A stretch of DNA of 64,000 bases from a virus, in IMG/VR virus record IMGVR_UViG_3300045988_060960, one strand, 5' to 3'. Positions 16,536-25,294 of the stretch are shown here, piece by piece (within the stretch, counting starts at the first letter, position 1; each line of letters starts with the position of its first letter). The notes beneath the pieces were generated by a model, which saw nothing but the letters and a program-made list of their open reading frames with translations, was not told the origin of the DNA and searched no databases. The translations under genes were made by a program, and so were the position numbers.

Positions 16536-17902
16536 TATTTAGTCCGTATCCGTATCAGCAGTATTGTATCGACAGCATCATCTACAATCGAGCGATAGGT
16601 CTGTTTTTGGATATGGGTCTCGGAAAAACAGTCATCACCCTGTCTGCGATCCACGACCTTCGGTACAATCGGTGGGAGGTATCCAAGCCACTCATCATCG
16701 CCCCAAAAACGGTAGCCGAGGCCACCTGGACTACGGAGGCAAAAAAGTGGGACCACTTGAAAATGATGCGGGTTGTTCCGGTTCTTGGTACGGTGCAGCA
16801 GCGGCTGCGGGCGCTGGCTACTCCGGCGGATGCTTATGTAATCAACCGCGAGAATGTGACTTGGTTGGTGGAGCATTTCAAAAATGCGTGGCCGTTCGAC
16901 ATGGTAGTGCTGGATGAAAGTTCCAGTTTCAAAAACGCATCCAGCAAGCGGTTCAAATCCATGAAGCTGGTTCGCAGTCGGATCAAGCGGATCGTGGAGC
17001 TGACCGGTACCCCGTCCAGCAACGGGCTGGAAGATCTGTGGGCGCAGATTTATCTCCTTGACGGCGGCGCCCGATTGGGCAAAACCTTGGGTGCCTACCG
17101 GGATCGGTATTTCGTTCCTGGCCGGAGAAACCGCACGACGATTTTCAATTACGCGCCGAAAGACGGCAGCTTTGAGATGATAAAACAGGCCATCAGCGAT
17201 ATTTGTATCAGCATGAAGGCCAGCGATTACCTGACCCTGCCAGACATGATTCCGCATGATATCCCGGTTGCCTTGGACAGCGCAGCGAAGAAAGCCTACG
17301 CGCAGTTGGAAACCGATCTGCTTTTGCAGGTTGACGAGAACACCATCACGGCGCAGAGTGCCGGCGTTCTCACGGGAAAGCTGCTTCAGCTCTGCAACGG
17401 TGCAATCTATGACGAGAATCGGAACGCCGTCAAAGTACATGACTGCAAAATCAATGCCTTTTTGGAGTTGATTGAGCAGCTGAACGGGCAACACGCCCTG
17501 GTGTTCTACAATTTCCAGCATGATCGTGACCGGCTTGTGGAGGCTTTGGCGAGTACGAAGCTGCGGGTTCGTGTATATTCACAGGCCAAAGATGAGGCCG
17601 ATTGGAACAACGGAGAGATCGACGTCCTGCTGGCCCATCCCGCGAGCTGCGGCTACGGACTGAACCTTCAGCGCGGCGGCTACAATGCGATTTGGTTCGG
17701 GCTGACTTGGAGCTTGGAGCAGTATGAGCAGGCCAACAAGCGGCTTCACCGGCAGGGGCAAGAGCATCCGGTTGTGATCCACCACCTGATTGTGCAGGGC
17801 GGTATGGACGAATCGGTGGTCGCAGCCCTTCAGAGCAAGGGCGATATGCAAAACGCGCTGATGGATGCGCTGCGCGTTCGCATCAACAAATTACGCAGTT
17901 AA
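16532..17902 (+). CDS. SNF2-family helicase
   Basis: Motif I is LDMGLGKT and motif II is VVLDESSSFKN. The C-terminal helicase lobe contains QANKRLHRQGQ. Confidence 0.9.
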   Translation: MIFSPYPYQQYCIDSIIYNRAIGLFLDMGLGKTVITLSAIHDLRYNRWEVSKPLIIAPKTVAEATWTTEAKKWDHLKMMRVVPVLGTVQQRLRALATPADAYVINRENVTWLVEHFKNAWPFDMVVLDESSSFKNASSKRFKSMKLVRSRIKRIVELTGTPSSNGLEDLWAQIYLLDGGARLGKTLGAYRDRYFVPGRRNRTTIFNYAPKDGSFEMIKQAISDICISMKASDYLTLPDMIPHDIPVALDSAAKKAYAQLETDLLLQVDENTITAQSAGVLTGKLLQLCNGAIYDENRNAVKVHDCKINAFLELIEQLNGQHALVFYNFQHDRDRLVEALASTKLRVRVYSQAKDEADWNNGEIDVLLAHPASCGYGLNLQRGGYNAIWFGLTWSLEQYEQANKRLHRQGQEHPVVIHHLIVQGGMDESVVAALQSKGDMQNALMDALRVRINKLRS

Positions 17903-17919
17903 AAAAGGAGGAGTTCACC

Positions 17920-18411
17920 ATGAACAGAGATGAGATCGCGGAAGTCACCCGCATTGCCGCAGCTGAAGTTCTTGCCCGAAAGGATGAGCTGCTTGATGAG
18001 GAATATGACGCTCGTTATCACGACGTTAATCTGCTTATGAAAAACTACCGGAAGCTGAAAGCGCATTACTCCCACGTCTCTCCCGAGGCTCTGGAAGTGA
18101 GTTCGATCTGCTCGATGCGCCGGAAGACTGGGCTGATGATGAGCCACGTAGATAAAATGCTGGTGGCCTACGAGGCCATGTGCAAGGAATCCGAGAACTC
18201 TGATGAGGCCCGGCGCTGGGAGGCGCTGTATCTGCGGTACATCCAGCCCACTCGCATGAGTGTGGACGATATCGCTGATGAGCTGTGTATTGATAAGCGG
18301 ACCTTCTATCGCGACATCAATCGCGCGATGGAAGACATGGCCGTTTTGCTGTTCGGAATTGAGGCCATCGGGTCGTGGAGGCACAAGCGTGCTGCCGACG
18401 TCAAAAGATAA
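17920..18411 (+). CDS. Putative late-gene transcriptional activator (ArpU/RinA/sigma-70 region 4-like)
   Basis: It has NYRKLKAHY and a C-terminal HTH-like block SVDDIADELCIDKRTFYRDINRAMEDMA. It is the last gene of the replication operon. The family assignment is from memory and not verified. Confidence 0.55.
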   Translation: MNRDEIAEVTRIAAAEVLARKDELLDEEYDARYHDVNLLMKNYRKLKAHYSHVSPEALEVSSICSMRRKTGLMMSHVDKMLVAYEAMCKESENSDEARRWEALYLRYIQPTRMSVDDIADELCIDKRTFYRDINRAMEDMAVLLFGIEAIGSWRHKRAADVKR

Positions 18412-18419
18412 AATCGGAA

Positions 18420-18450
18420 GGGTCTGCCGGTCTTCGGCAGGCTCTTTTTT
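18420..18450 (+). terminator. Rho-independent terminator
   Basis: A stem of about 10 bp (GGGTCTGCCG / CGGCAGGCTC, with G-U pairs) is followed by TTTTTT. Confidence 0.7.
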
Positions 18451-18466
18451 ATTCCTGTCCGTTCTC

Positions 18467-18535
18467 TTTTCAGAAAATTTTTCGGGAAAAAATTTTAGGA
18501 AAAACCTTGACAAAAATGACCAAAAGTCGTATAAT
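18467..18535 (+). promoter_or_regulatory. Degenerate A/T-tract operator copy plus a TTGACA-17-TATAAT promoter
   Basis: TTTTTCGGGAAAAAATTTTAGGAAAAA is at 18477-18503. TTGACA is at 18507-18512 and TATAAT at 18530-18535. The leader AGAATAGAAAGAAAA is shared with the promoter at 232-260. Confidence 0.6.
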
Positions 18536-18582
18536 AAGAATAGAAAGAAAAAGAAAGAGACCGTAAGAGGAGGCCGATAAAG

Positions 18583-18870
18583 ATGATGAACACAGAAGAT
18601 TGCATCAGAGCTGAAGTTGAATATCGAGAATGGCGCGAATGCCCGCTTTGGTATTGCGTCAAGACCAAGCTCGGAAGCGACGGTTCAGTCGAGAGTGAGA
18701 TCGTCAGTGATGAGAAAACCAAAGTTCCAATCGCCATTCAGAGCGCGGATAAACCGCTGGACGGCGTGTTTGAGGACGCGAGCGGAGTTACCTACTACAC
18801 CTACCACGCCGGGTACAAGGCAGCAGCCAAGCAGGTTGAGGCCGCCAAGAAAGTAGGCAAACTCAGCTGA
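18583..18870 (+). CDS. Hypothetical protein (95 aa) driven by a consensus promoter
   Basis: The ribosome-binding site is AGAGGAGG. The product begins MMNTEDCIRAEVEYREWRECPLWYC. I recognised no family. Confidence 0.6.
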   Translation: MMNTEDCIRAEVEYREWRECPLWYCVKTKLGSDGSVESEIVSDEKTKVPIAIQSADKPLDGVFEDASGVTYYTYHAGYKAAAKQVEAAKKVGKLS

Positions 18871-18892
18871 CCATTTCAGTCATTTGTATCAC

Positions 18893-19108
18893 CTACTTTC
18901 CGACCGCTTCTCGGCGGCTTTTTCTTTGCCTGAAATCGAACTGATACAGATGTGTTTCAACGCCCAGTGCAGTTTCTCGGTAAAAAATACCGTCTGAAAT
19001 CCACTCTCGGACGATCCGCTCTCCGCCGTTCAACTCAGGCATACTGGCTTTTGCCAGATCTGCAAGCTCTGCCGCAACCGCAAGCAGAACTGAGATGGCC
19101 GTAATCAC
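18893..19108 (-). CDS. Possible small protein downstream of the cro-like gene (GTG start overlapping the TGA stop)
   Basis: There is a GTGA overlap with the stop of 19105-19311. However, the 3' end overlaps a plus-strand terminator-like hairpin, so this may be spurious. Confidence 0.3.
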   Translation of the reverse strand: MITAISVLLAVAAELADLAKASMPELNGGERIVREWISDGIFYRETALGVETHLYQFDFRQRKSRREAVGK

Positions 19109-19311
19109 TGGCCCTGATTTACGTCGTCGGCCAGAAGCTCCTCGATGGTGCAACCGTAGAGCTTCGCAAGCAAGGGCAGCTTATCCGCTCGCGGCTTAGA
19201 AAGCCCACGCTCCCACTTGCTTACGGCGGATTCCTTCACGCCAACGGCCTTTGCGACCTCACGCTGCGTAGGGATGGCTCCGCGAAGCCTCCGCTCTCTC
19301 ATTACGTTCAT
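19105..19311 (-). CDS. XRE-family HTH protein, Cro-like
   Basis: LRGAIPTQREVAKAVGVKESAVSKWERGLSKPRADKLPLLAKLYGCTIEELL is a canonical XRE helix-turn-helix. It is divergent from the second XRE gene. Confidence 0.8.
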   Translation of the reverse strand: MNVMRERRLRGAIPTQREVAKAVGVKESAVSKWERGLSKPRADKLPLLAKLYGCTIEELLADDVNQGQ

Positions 19312-19360
19312 CCTTTCACCTCCTGAACTACTTTGCGGTGGGTTTCTTAACTTACGGTTT

Positions 19361-19455
19361 CATTATAGCACTTATAGTCCTCAATGTCAACTCCCATTCT
19401 CTTTTTTCTCGAAAAATTTTCTGGTGTTGACAACTTGACTTAAAAGACATATAAT
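19361..19455. promoter_or_regulatory. Divergent lysogeny-switch promoters with an A/T palindrome between them
   Basis: Minus strand: TTGACA at 19390-19385, 18-nt spacer, TATAAT at 19366-19361. Plus strand: TTGACA at 19427-19432, 17-nt spacer, TATAAT at 19450-19455. Between them lies TTTTTTCTCGAAAAATTTTCTGG. Confidence 0.65.
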
Positions 19456-19482
19456 TGACTTTAAGGAAAGGTGGTGACACTT

Positions 19483-19899
19483 ATGGACGGATTCGGTGAT
19501 AGACTGAGAAGGCTCAGAAAAGACCGGGACATCACGCAAGGGCAGCTCGCTGAAGTGATCGGGGTTGTTCCATCTGCCGTGGGCAAATATGAAAGGATTC
19601 CGCAGTCTTACCCGAGTGTGGACGCTCTTATAAAGATTGCGGACTTCTTTGACGTCAGCATAGACTATTTGCTTCGCGGAACTCAGCCATCTCAAACTGT
19701 CGAAAATAACTTGAACGGGCAGATGCTCAACAGCTCTTTCGTGCAGGCCAACCACGGGGGAATCGTGTACAACGGAGACGGAGGTAATAATTTCTCCCCA
19801 GAGGCGTTGGAACTGCTGCGCATTTATGAGACCTTGAATGGCCGGGAACGCTTGAAGCTGCTGAACTTCGCTGTGGAATTGGACGGTGATACGAAATGA
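19483..19899 (+). CDS. XRE-family repressor, CI-like
   Basis: LRRLRKDRDITQGQLAEVIGVVPSAVGKYERIPQSYPSVDALIKIADFFDVSIDYLL. The ATG at 19483 follows AAAGGTGGTG. It is the first gene of an operon ending in the integrase. Confidence 0.8.
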   Translation: MDGFGDRLRRLRKDRDITQGQLAEVIGVVPSAVGKYERIPQSYPSVDALIKIADFFDVSIDYLLRGTQPSQTVENNLNGQMLNSSFVQANHGGIVYNGDGGNNFSPEALELLRIYETLNGRERLKLLNFAVELDGDTK

Positions 19900-20330
19900 G
19901 AGTGACGTTGGATATAAAAAAGCAGTGCTCTTTCTTCTGGCTGAGAGCTATCCGAAGCGCCCGTATAGACCGGTGCTGCGCCAAGTGTTTCATCGGGGAT
20001 GCCTACCACGAGGTCTATGAAGGAACCCGATTCAAAGATAAGGCGCACGTGGATCTGGAAATCACTCCTGATCCGCGTGTCAAGGCGTATTACCTTTGCG
20101 GTCTCAGCCGTGGATTCCGGTACAAGGATAATACTCACATCGCTTTCGTCCCCTGCGAGGGGCAAGACATTGAAGTGGAAAACGACAAGATTCGGCTCAT
20201 AATTACTGGCGCTCGCCAGATTGATTTCCAGAATTACAAGCCGAACCCGGAAGGCGAATATACCCACGAACAGCGTACCTGCCGAAACTGGATCTTCGCC
20301 AACTATTTGCTGGACGGGATGCCGCTTTGA
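19896..20330 (+). CDS. Cys-containing 145-aa family protein, paralog 2 of 3
   Basis: FFWLRAIR..CCAKCFIG..AYYLCGLS..NTHIAFVP..TCRNWIFANY. Its start overlaps the repressor stop (ATGA), and its stop overlaps the integrase start (TTGA). Confidence 0.8.
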   Translation: MRVTLDIKKQCSFFWLRAIRSARIDRCCAKCFIGDAYHEVYEGTRFKDKAHVDLEITPDPRVKAYYLCGLSRGFRYKDNTHIAFVPCEGQDIEVENDKIRLIITGARQIDFQNYKPNPEGEYTHEQRTCRNWIFANYLLDGMPL

Positions 20331-21727
20331 ACCGCGCAGCCCTCTACATCCGCGTCTCTACGCTTGAACAGGCGCAGGAGGGCTATTCCGTAGGCGAGCA
20401 GAAGGAACGCCTGATTGCGTACTGCAAAGCCAAAGACTGGATCATCGCAGACATCTATGTGGATGGCGGATATACCGGCAGCAATCTGAATCGCCCCGGT
20501 ATCCAGAAGCTCATCTCAGAAACGGATAAGTTTGATCTCGTGCTGGTCTACAAGCTGGACCGCCTCTCACGGTCTCAGCGGGACACGCTGTACCTCATCG
20601 AAGAAATATTCCGGCCCAAGGGCGTAGACTTTATCTCCATGCAGGAGAGCTTCGACACCTCTACGCCCTTCGGAAAAGCAATGATCGGCCTGCTGGCAGT
20701 ATTTGCCCAGCTTGAACGCGAGCAGATCAAGGAGCGAACGTGGATGGGCCGCGTTGCCCGAGCCAAAACCGGCCTCCATCACGGTGGCGGGTACATCCCT
20801 ATCGGCTACGAGTATGAGGACGGGCATCTCGTCATCAATCCGTATGAGGCAGAGCAGGTTCGGAAGATCTACGAATGGTATCTCGCCGGCGCTTCCCTGA
20901 AGACAATAACTGACCGGCTGCAAGAGGCGGGGTACACCAATAAATACAGCAGCTATACCTCGTGGTCAAGTGTTCGGAACATTCTCGGCAATGAGACCTA
21001 CACTGGGAGGCTGCACTTCGGAGATGTGGTCGTGGATCACGCACACGAAGCAATTATCAGTACAGAACAGTTCAACGCTGCACAGGTTCTGCGAGGTAAG
21101 AAGCAGGAACAATACGGCACGGCTTTCCAGTCGAAGCACCTCCTGACTGGGCTTATCTTTTGTGGACATTGCGGAGGACGGTATTACCTTCGCAACACCG
21201 GCAAGTACACCTACTATGCCTGCTACTCCCGCACCAAGCAGATAAAGAGCATGGTCAAGGACCCGAACTGCAAAAACAAGATCTGGAAAGGCTCTGAGCT
21301 GGAACCCATCATTGATGCCAAGATCCGGGAACTGCTGTCCTCCCCGCAGATGGCAGCCGAGATTGCGGCAGCTCGAAAGCCAAAGCCAGCCACCGGCAGC
21401 AGAAATACCGAAGTGGAAAAGCGGCTCCGGGAAATCGACAAACAAATTGGTAAGCTCATGGAGCTGTACCAGCACGACGATATACCGCCCGAGCTTCTGG
21501 GCGAGCGCATCAACAAGCTCTACAACGAGCGCACCGCGTTGGAATCCACCCTTGCCCCGGTGGTCGAGGATGAGGCCATGCCGTTCGATTTGGTGGAGGC
21601 CCTCATCTCGGACGCCGCGCAGGTCTGGGACTTCGCGGACGAGAGCCAGAAACGCCGCATCCTGCAAAGCCTCGTGTCCCGCATTGTGCTCACCGATGAT
21701 GACGTCAAGATTGAGTGGGCCTTCTGA
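20327..21727 (+). CDS. Large serine recombinase (phage integrase)
   Basis: AALYIRVSTLEQ carries the catalytic Ser motif. LVYKLDRLSRS is present, followed by recombinase and zinc-ribbon regions (CGHCGG..YYAC) and a coiled-coil tail. It uses a TTG start. Confidence 0.9.
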   Translation: MNRAALYIRVSTLEQAQEGYSVGEQKERLIAYCKAKDWIIADIYVDGGYTGSNLNRPGIQKLISETDKFDLVLVYKLDRLSRSQRDTLYLIEEIFRPKGVDFISMQESFDTSTPFGKAMIGLLAVFAQLEREQIKERTWMGRVARAKTGLHHGGGYIPIGYEYEDGHLVINPYEAEQVRKIYEWYLAGASLKTITDRLQEAGYTNKYSSYTSWSSVRNILGNETYTGRLHFGDVVVDHAHEAIISTEQFNAAQVLRGKKQEQYGTAFQSKHLLTGLIFCGHCGGRYYLRNTGKYTYYACYSRTKQIKSMVKDPNCKNKIWKGSELEPIIDAKIRELLSSPQMAAEIAAARKPKPATGSRNTEVEKRLREIDKQIGKLMELYQHDDIPPELLGERINKLYNERTALESTLAPVVEDEAMPFDLVEALISDAAQVWDFADESQKRRILQSLVSRIVLTDDDVKIEWAF

Positions 21728-21740
21728 TGGCAAACAAAAA

Positions 21741-21773
21741 AAAGCCCTACCGCTGCGTGAGCGGTAGGGCTTT
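21741..21773. terminator. Bidirectional terminator hairpin between the convergent integrase and lysis operons
   Basis: The 13-bp perfect stem AAAGCCCTACCGC / GCGGTAGGGCTTT has loop TGCGTGA and is flanked by an A-run and a T-run. Confidence 0.7.
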
Positions 21774-21777
21774 CTTG

Positions 21778-22290
21778 TTACTTCTCTGAAGACTGCGCGA
21801 TTGCGTTCTGCACAACGGCGGCTGCGGTCGCAGCAGCAGTGCTGGCGGCAACCGATGTAGCATTCGCAGAGCTGGCGCTTTCCAGTGCCGCAGTAGCGGC
21901 GGGCAGCACCTTCTGCTTGCGTACCTCGGCCTCAATGTAGGTGGTGAGGTACTCGGTCAGATCGCCATAGGTTTCCTCGATAAAGGCTTTGGTTGCGGGG
22001 CTGATCGCCTTGATACAGGCGGCAAGCGCCATAGCAAGGGCCTGCTTCTGAGCCTCCGCGTCAAAGCTGCCGGCCTTCTTCAGTTCATCGACATAGGTCT
22101 GCGAAACGGCAAACACAGCGATACTGACGATACCGGTTACTTCCTCGATGACGTTCCCCAGCAGAATGCTGTTGGTCTGCGCTGCGGCCTCCTCACCTTT
22201 CTTCTTGACGAAGGCGGCGACATAAGCGGAGAGCGCGGTCACTGCGGCGGTGACAACCGCCATCAGCAGGTTAAAGACAGCTTCATTCAT
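21778..22290 (-). CDS. Holin, LL-H-like
   Basis: It has an N-terminal TM segment (FNLLMAVVTAAVTALSAYVAAFV) followed by KKKG and a long helical region. The architecture and its position next to the endolysin fit the LL-H holin family (from memory). Confidence 0.65.
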   Translation of the reverse strand: MNEAVFNLLMAVVTAAVTALSAYVAAFVKKKGEEAAAQTNSILLGNVIEEVTGIVSIAVFAVSQTYVDELKKAGSFDAEAQKQALAMALAACIKAISPATKAFIEETYGDLTEYLTTYIEAEVRKQKVLPAATAALESASSANATSVAASTAAATAAAVVQNAIAQSSEK

Positions 22291-22302
22291 CAGTCGTACT
22301 CC

Positions 22303-23829
22303 TTACATTTTGGTGCAGTAGTCAAGGCTGACCCAGCCAGCGCCGGATTTCAGCTTGCCCCACTTGCTTGCGCCGGCCCCTGCGGATTCCTCCACAATCG
22401 TGTAGACACCGGGTTTGATGAATCCCTTGCGGGCGTAGCCGGTGCCGGGGCCAGACCGGATGTTGAGGTCGGTGGCGGTGATTCTCACCGTGTAGTTCAC
22501 GGCTGCGGAGCCGCCGGCCACCGAGATAGCGTTGGCGTCCACCCAGCCGTACACGTTGCTGGTGGCGTCCGTGTGGATGACGTGGTACGGATGCTTGGCG
22601 TTGGCAGAGATAGCCGTAATCTTGGCTGGCCCAGCCTTGGCCGCAGAGCCGCTGGCGGCGTTGGCGCTGGTGTAGTGCTTGCCACCAGCGAAGTTGACCA
22701 CCGTGCCGATGTCCAGCCCCGCAGCAGGGGTGCTGGGGGTCGAGGGCGCGGAAGGCTGCGCGGTGGAGCCACCGAGCTGCGCCGTGACCTTGCTTGCGAG
22801 GTCGCCCATACGGGCGTACATCCAGTCGCCGGGGCAGCTCTTGTTGGCGAACCATCTGTGGACGGTCAAGACCATCTCGTCAGACTTGGGGGAGTAGTTG
22901 AGGGTCTTGTTCTTGTCGCCCAGCCAGAGCAGCTTCTTCTTGCCGTTGCGCTTGCAGATGTCCACGCAGAGCGTGATGAGCTTCTGGTACACGACATCCT
23001 TGAAGGCATACGGCGCGGTGGTGTCGGACGCGCACTCGATGGTCACGGCTCGCTGGTCGTTGGCGTTGGAGGACGTACACCAAGAACGATTGCCCTCATC
23101 CACGCACAGCAGCACCCGGCCATCCACACCGATACCGTAGTTGCAGGACGCCTGACGGGACGTAGGCGCGAACACGTTGCCCAGCGTCTCCACAGAACAC
23201 TGGCCTACCACGCAATGCGGGGTGATGCAGTCGATGGCGTGGGTACGCTTGCCGGAATGATTCGGGCTGAGTTTCGTATAGTTTACGAGCGAACTGTTGC
23301 TCATGCTATTACCTCCATTCGCGGGCGCTGCGTACTTGTCGTAGTAGGTCTGACCGTACCCTGCCCGCTTGATTTTGACTGCCTCGCTTTGGTCAGCCGG
23401 ACGTTCAAAGTCCAGCAGCACACTGTCGCTGGCAGTCCGAACGGCAGTGGCGGTTTTCAGGGTGGACAGCACGGACCTGTAGCCGGTGGAAATCTCCTCA
23501 AACAAAAAATCGAGCTGCATTTCCAAGTCACCAATGGACTTGCCTGCGGCCCGAGCGAAGTTCAGCATATTCTGTTTTCGGCTCCAATACGTCCACTGAG
23601 CGAGGCCGTAGCCCGCGCTGTCGTGGACAAAGTTCTGGTACTTCCCGCTGTCTACGGCGGCGGTGTACGCCGCGTCTGTGTAGCCCAGCTTCTTCTCGTA
23701 GGTGTTCTGTAGGTTCTGCGGATTCAGGCCGCTCTCAGCGTAGAGGTTTCCCATGAGGCCGGCAGCGCCAGCCGGGGAAAGCCCCTTGCCAGTGAGGTAG
23801 TCCCAAATCCTTTTCTCGTTGGTGCTCAT
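22303..23829 (-). CDS. Multidomain endolysin: lysozyme-like N-terminus, amidase_2/PGRP-like middle, SH3b-like C-terminus
   Basis: N-terminus: GLSPAGAAGLMGNLYAESGLNPQN. Middle: ITPHCVVGQ...SNANDQRAVTIEC...HRWFANKSCPG. C-terminal repeats end in WGKLKSGAGWVSLDY. Confidence 0.85.
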   Translation of the reverse strand: MSTNEKRIWDYLTGKGLSPAGAAGLMGNLYAESGLNPQNLQNTYEKKLGYTDAAYTAAVDSGKYQNFVHDSAGYGLAQWTYWSRKQNMLNFARAAGKSIGDLEMQLDFLFEEISTGYRSVLSTLKTATAVRTASDSVLLDFERPADQSEAVKIKRAGYGQTYYDKYAAPANGGNSMSNSSLVNYTKLSPNHSGKRTHAIDCITPHCVVGQCSVETLGNVFAPTSRQASCNYGIGVDGRVLLCVDEGNRSWCTSSNANDQRAVTIECASDTTAPYAFKDVVYQKLITLCVDICKRNGKKKLLWLGDKNKTLNYSPKSDEMVLTVHRWFANKSCPGDWMYARMGDLASKVTAQLGGSTAQPSAPSTPSTPAAGLDIGTVVNFAGGKHYTSANAASGSAAKAGPAKITAISANAKHPYHVIHTDATSNVYGWVDANAISVAGGSAAVNYTVRITATDLNIRSGPGTGYARKGFIKPGVYTIVEESAGAGASKWGKLKSGAGWVSLDYCTKM

Positions 23830-23846
23830 CGCGCCTCAGTCCTTTC

Positions 23847-24281
23847 TTAGCCCACGCCCGTAGTCCCGTCCCCTGAAGCGTCAGAAATGACGTCTGCGGT
23901 GTCCGTAGGCAGCGTGGTGGGCTTGTCCGGCCAGTGATTGTTTTTGCTCAGGTTCTCGATGGCAGATTTGAGGCCGTACACAAGGACCACGCCGATAATC
24001 TGCGTGACGGCCACCTGTGATAAGCTCTCGGCAATCTGCATCTTGTCGAGGAAGGCGAGGACATAGCTGCACCATACCCATGCAAACCCGTTGGCAAGGC
24101 AGACCCACACGACCATCTTCATGGTCTCGTGCTTTTTCTTCTTCACCGCAGAATTGCCGGCCCGCGACTTCTTGCGCGAGCCAGCGCTTATGCTGCGGAT
24201 GACGAGATAGCCGAGGAAGACGACGCTCATAACGCCTACGCTGGCGAGAATGGCGATGAGGATATTCCAGCCAGTTCCCAT
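23847..24281 (-). CDS. Membrane protein with three hydrophobic segments, holin-like
   Basis: Segments WNILIAILASVGVMSVVFLGYLVI, MVVWVCLANGFAWVWCSYVLAFL and VAVTQIIGVVLVYGL. The start is uncertain (24281, 24287 or 24311). Confidence 0.55.
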   Translation of the reverse strand: MGTGWNILIAILASVGVMSVVFLGYLVIRSISAGSRKKSRAGNSAVKKKKHETMKMVVWVCLANGFAWVWCSYVLAFLDKMQIAESLSQVAVTQIIGVVLVYGLKSAIENLSKNNHWPDKPTTLPTDTADVISDASGDGTTGVG

Positions 24282-24314
24282 ACTCATACCTCCCTGTGGC
24301 GATAATGACATCGA

Positions 24315-24896
24315 CTACTGGACCTTATCCCCGCCGCTGCCGGGCCGGGTCCGTCCGGGGATAGGCTCATCGATGTTCACGATTTTCAGCTTGTTCATGG
24401 CCGGCTGAACGACGGAGTGAATGTACCCATCCCCACCGACATCCTCGTAGTCGCTGAACATCTCCCAAAACGCCTCGGCCTCCATCGTATTCCATGCGCC
24501 CGTAGGATTGCAGGACGGGTCGGTGTAGTACCGATAGCTCTGAAGCAGACGGTCTCTGAGCCGATTCCGCTCTCGGCGGGTCGTATCGTCCTCCATCTTC
24601 TTCAGCCGCGACGTCTGCTCGTTCTGGGCAGAGCGGAGCGCCTCAATCTCTGTCTGCAATTCCTTTTGGGTGCGGATACTCTGTGCGCGGTACTCAGGGT
24701 ACTTGCTTACGGCGTCAAGGGCGGTTTTGAGTTGCTCGTCCTTTTTCTTGCTGGCCTCGTACCTGCCAATCAGGTACTTTGACACTTTCTGATAAATCAG
24801 ATAGCAGAAAAGGATAGCGAGCGCAAATTCGACAACATTGAGTACCGTGATGCTGCCGAACATCTCCTTGAACTCATCTAAACCAGTCAACGGCAT
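24315..24896 (-). CDS. N-terminally anchored coiled-coil protein, hypothetical
   Basis: 193 aa. One TM segment (VVEFALAILFCYLIY) is followed by a charged helical region. Confidence 0.6.
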   Translation of the reverse strand: MPLTGLDEFKEMFGSITVLNVVEFALAILFCYLIYQKVSKYLIGRYEASKKKDEQLKTALDAVSKYPEYRAQSIRTQKELQTEIEALRSAQNEQTSRLKKMEDDTTRRERNRLRDRLLQSYRYYTDPSCNPTGAWNTMEAEAFWEMFSDYEDVGGDGYIHSVVQPAMNKLKIVNIDEPIPGRTRPGSGGDKVQ

Positions 24897-24935
24897 TACC
24901 TCCCACCCGTTTTTAGTCTGAAAAAGCCGGCGGCC

Positions 24936-25121
24936 TTATTCGGGCCGCCGGTATTCAGCCGTATTTACGTCGCCGACCAACGCTTGTAAACGGGCGGAAA
25001 GTGCCTCGTCTTCCACAGCCTGCGCCCCGAGCTGTTCCAGCACAAAAGCCTGGGCTTTTATGATCTCAGCCTGTCGAACGCAGATGTCGGCCAGTTTTTC
25101 GATCACTTCCGCGCTGCTCAC
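24936..25121 (-). CDS. Small hypothetical protein, GTG start
   Basis: 61 aa. There is a GTGA overlap with the stop of the XkdX-like gene. Confidence 0.5.
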   Translation of the reverse strand: MSSAEVIEKLADICVRQAEIIKAQAFVLEQLGAQAVEDEALSARLQALVGDVNTAEYRRPE

Positions 25122-25294
25122 TTTGCAGCGACAGGATACTTCTCGCCGGTAATCTCCTCGTAGCGGTCAGCGTTGATTTCGCCGTCCTCCACGCGGGACG
25201 CCAGCTCGGTCTTAACACTGTTCTTGCGGTAGTCGGGAACAGAATCCCAAACCTGCGTACCGGCAATCAGCCGGTTGGCCCAAATCTTATTCAT
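25118..25294 (-). CDS. XkdX-family small phage protein (58 aa)
   Basis: Absent from the ORF track. My translation is MNKIWANRLIAGTQVWDSVPDYRKNSVKTELASRVEDGEINADRYEEITGEKYPVAAK*. The W...I...YEEITGE pattern and its position after the fibres resemble XkdX. Confidence 0.6.
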   Translation of the reverse strand: MNKIWANRLIAGTQVWDSVPDYRKNSVKTELASRVEDGEINADRYEEITGEKYPVAAK

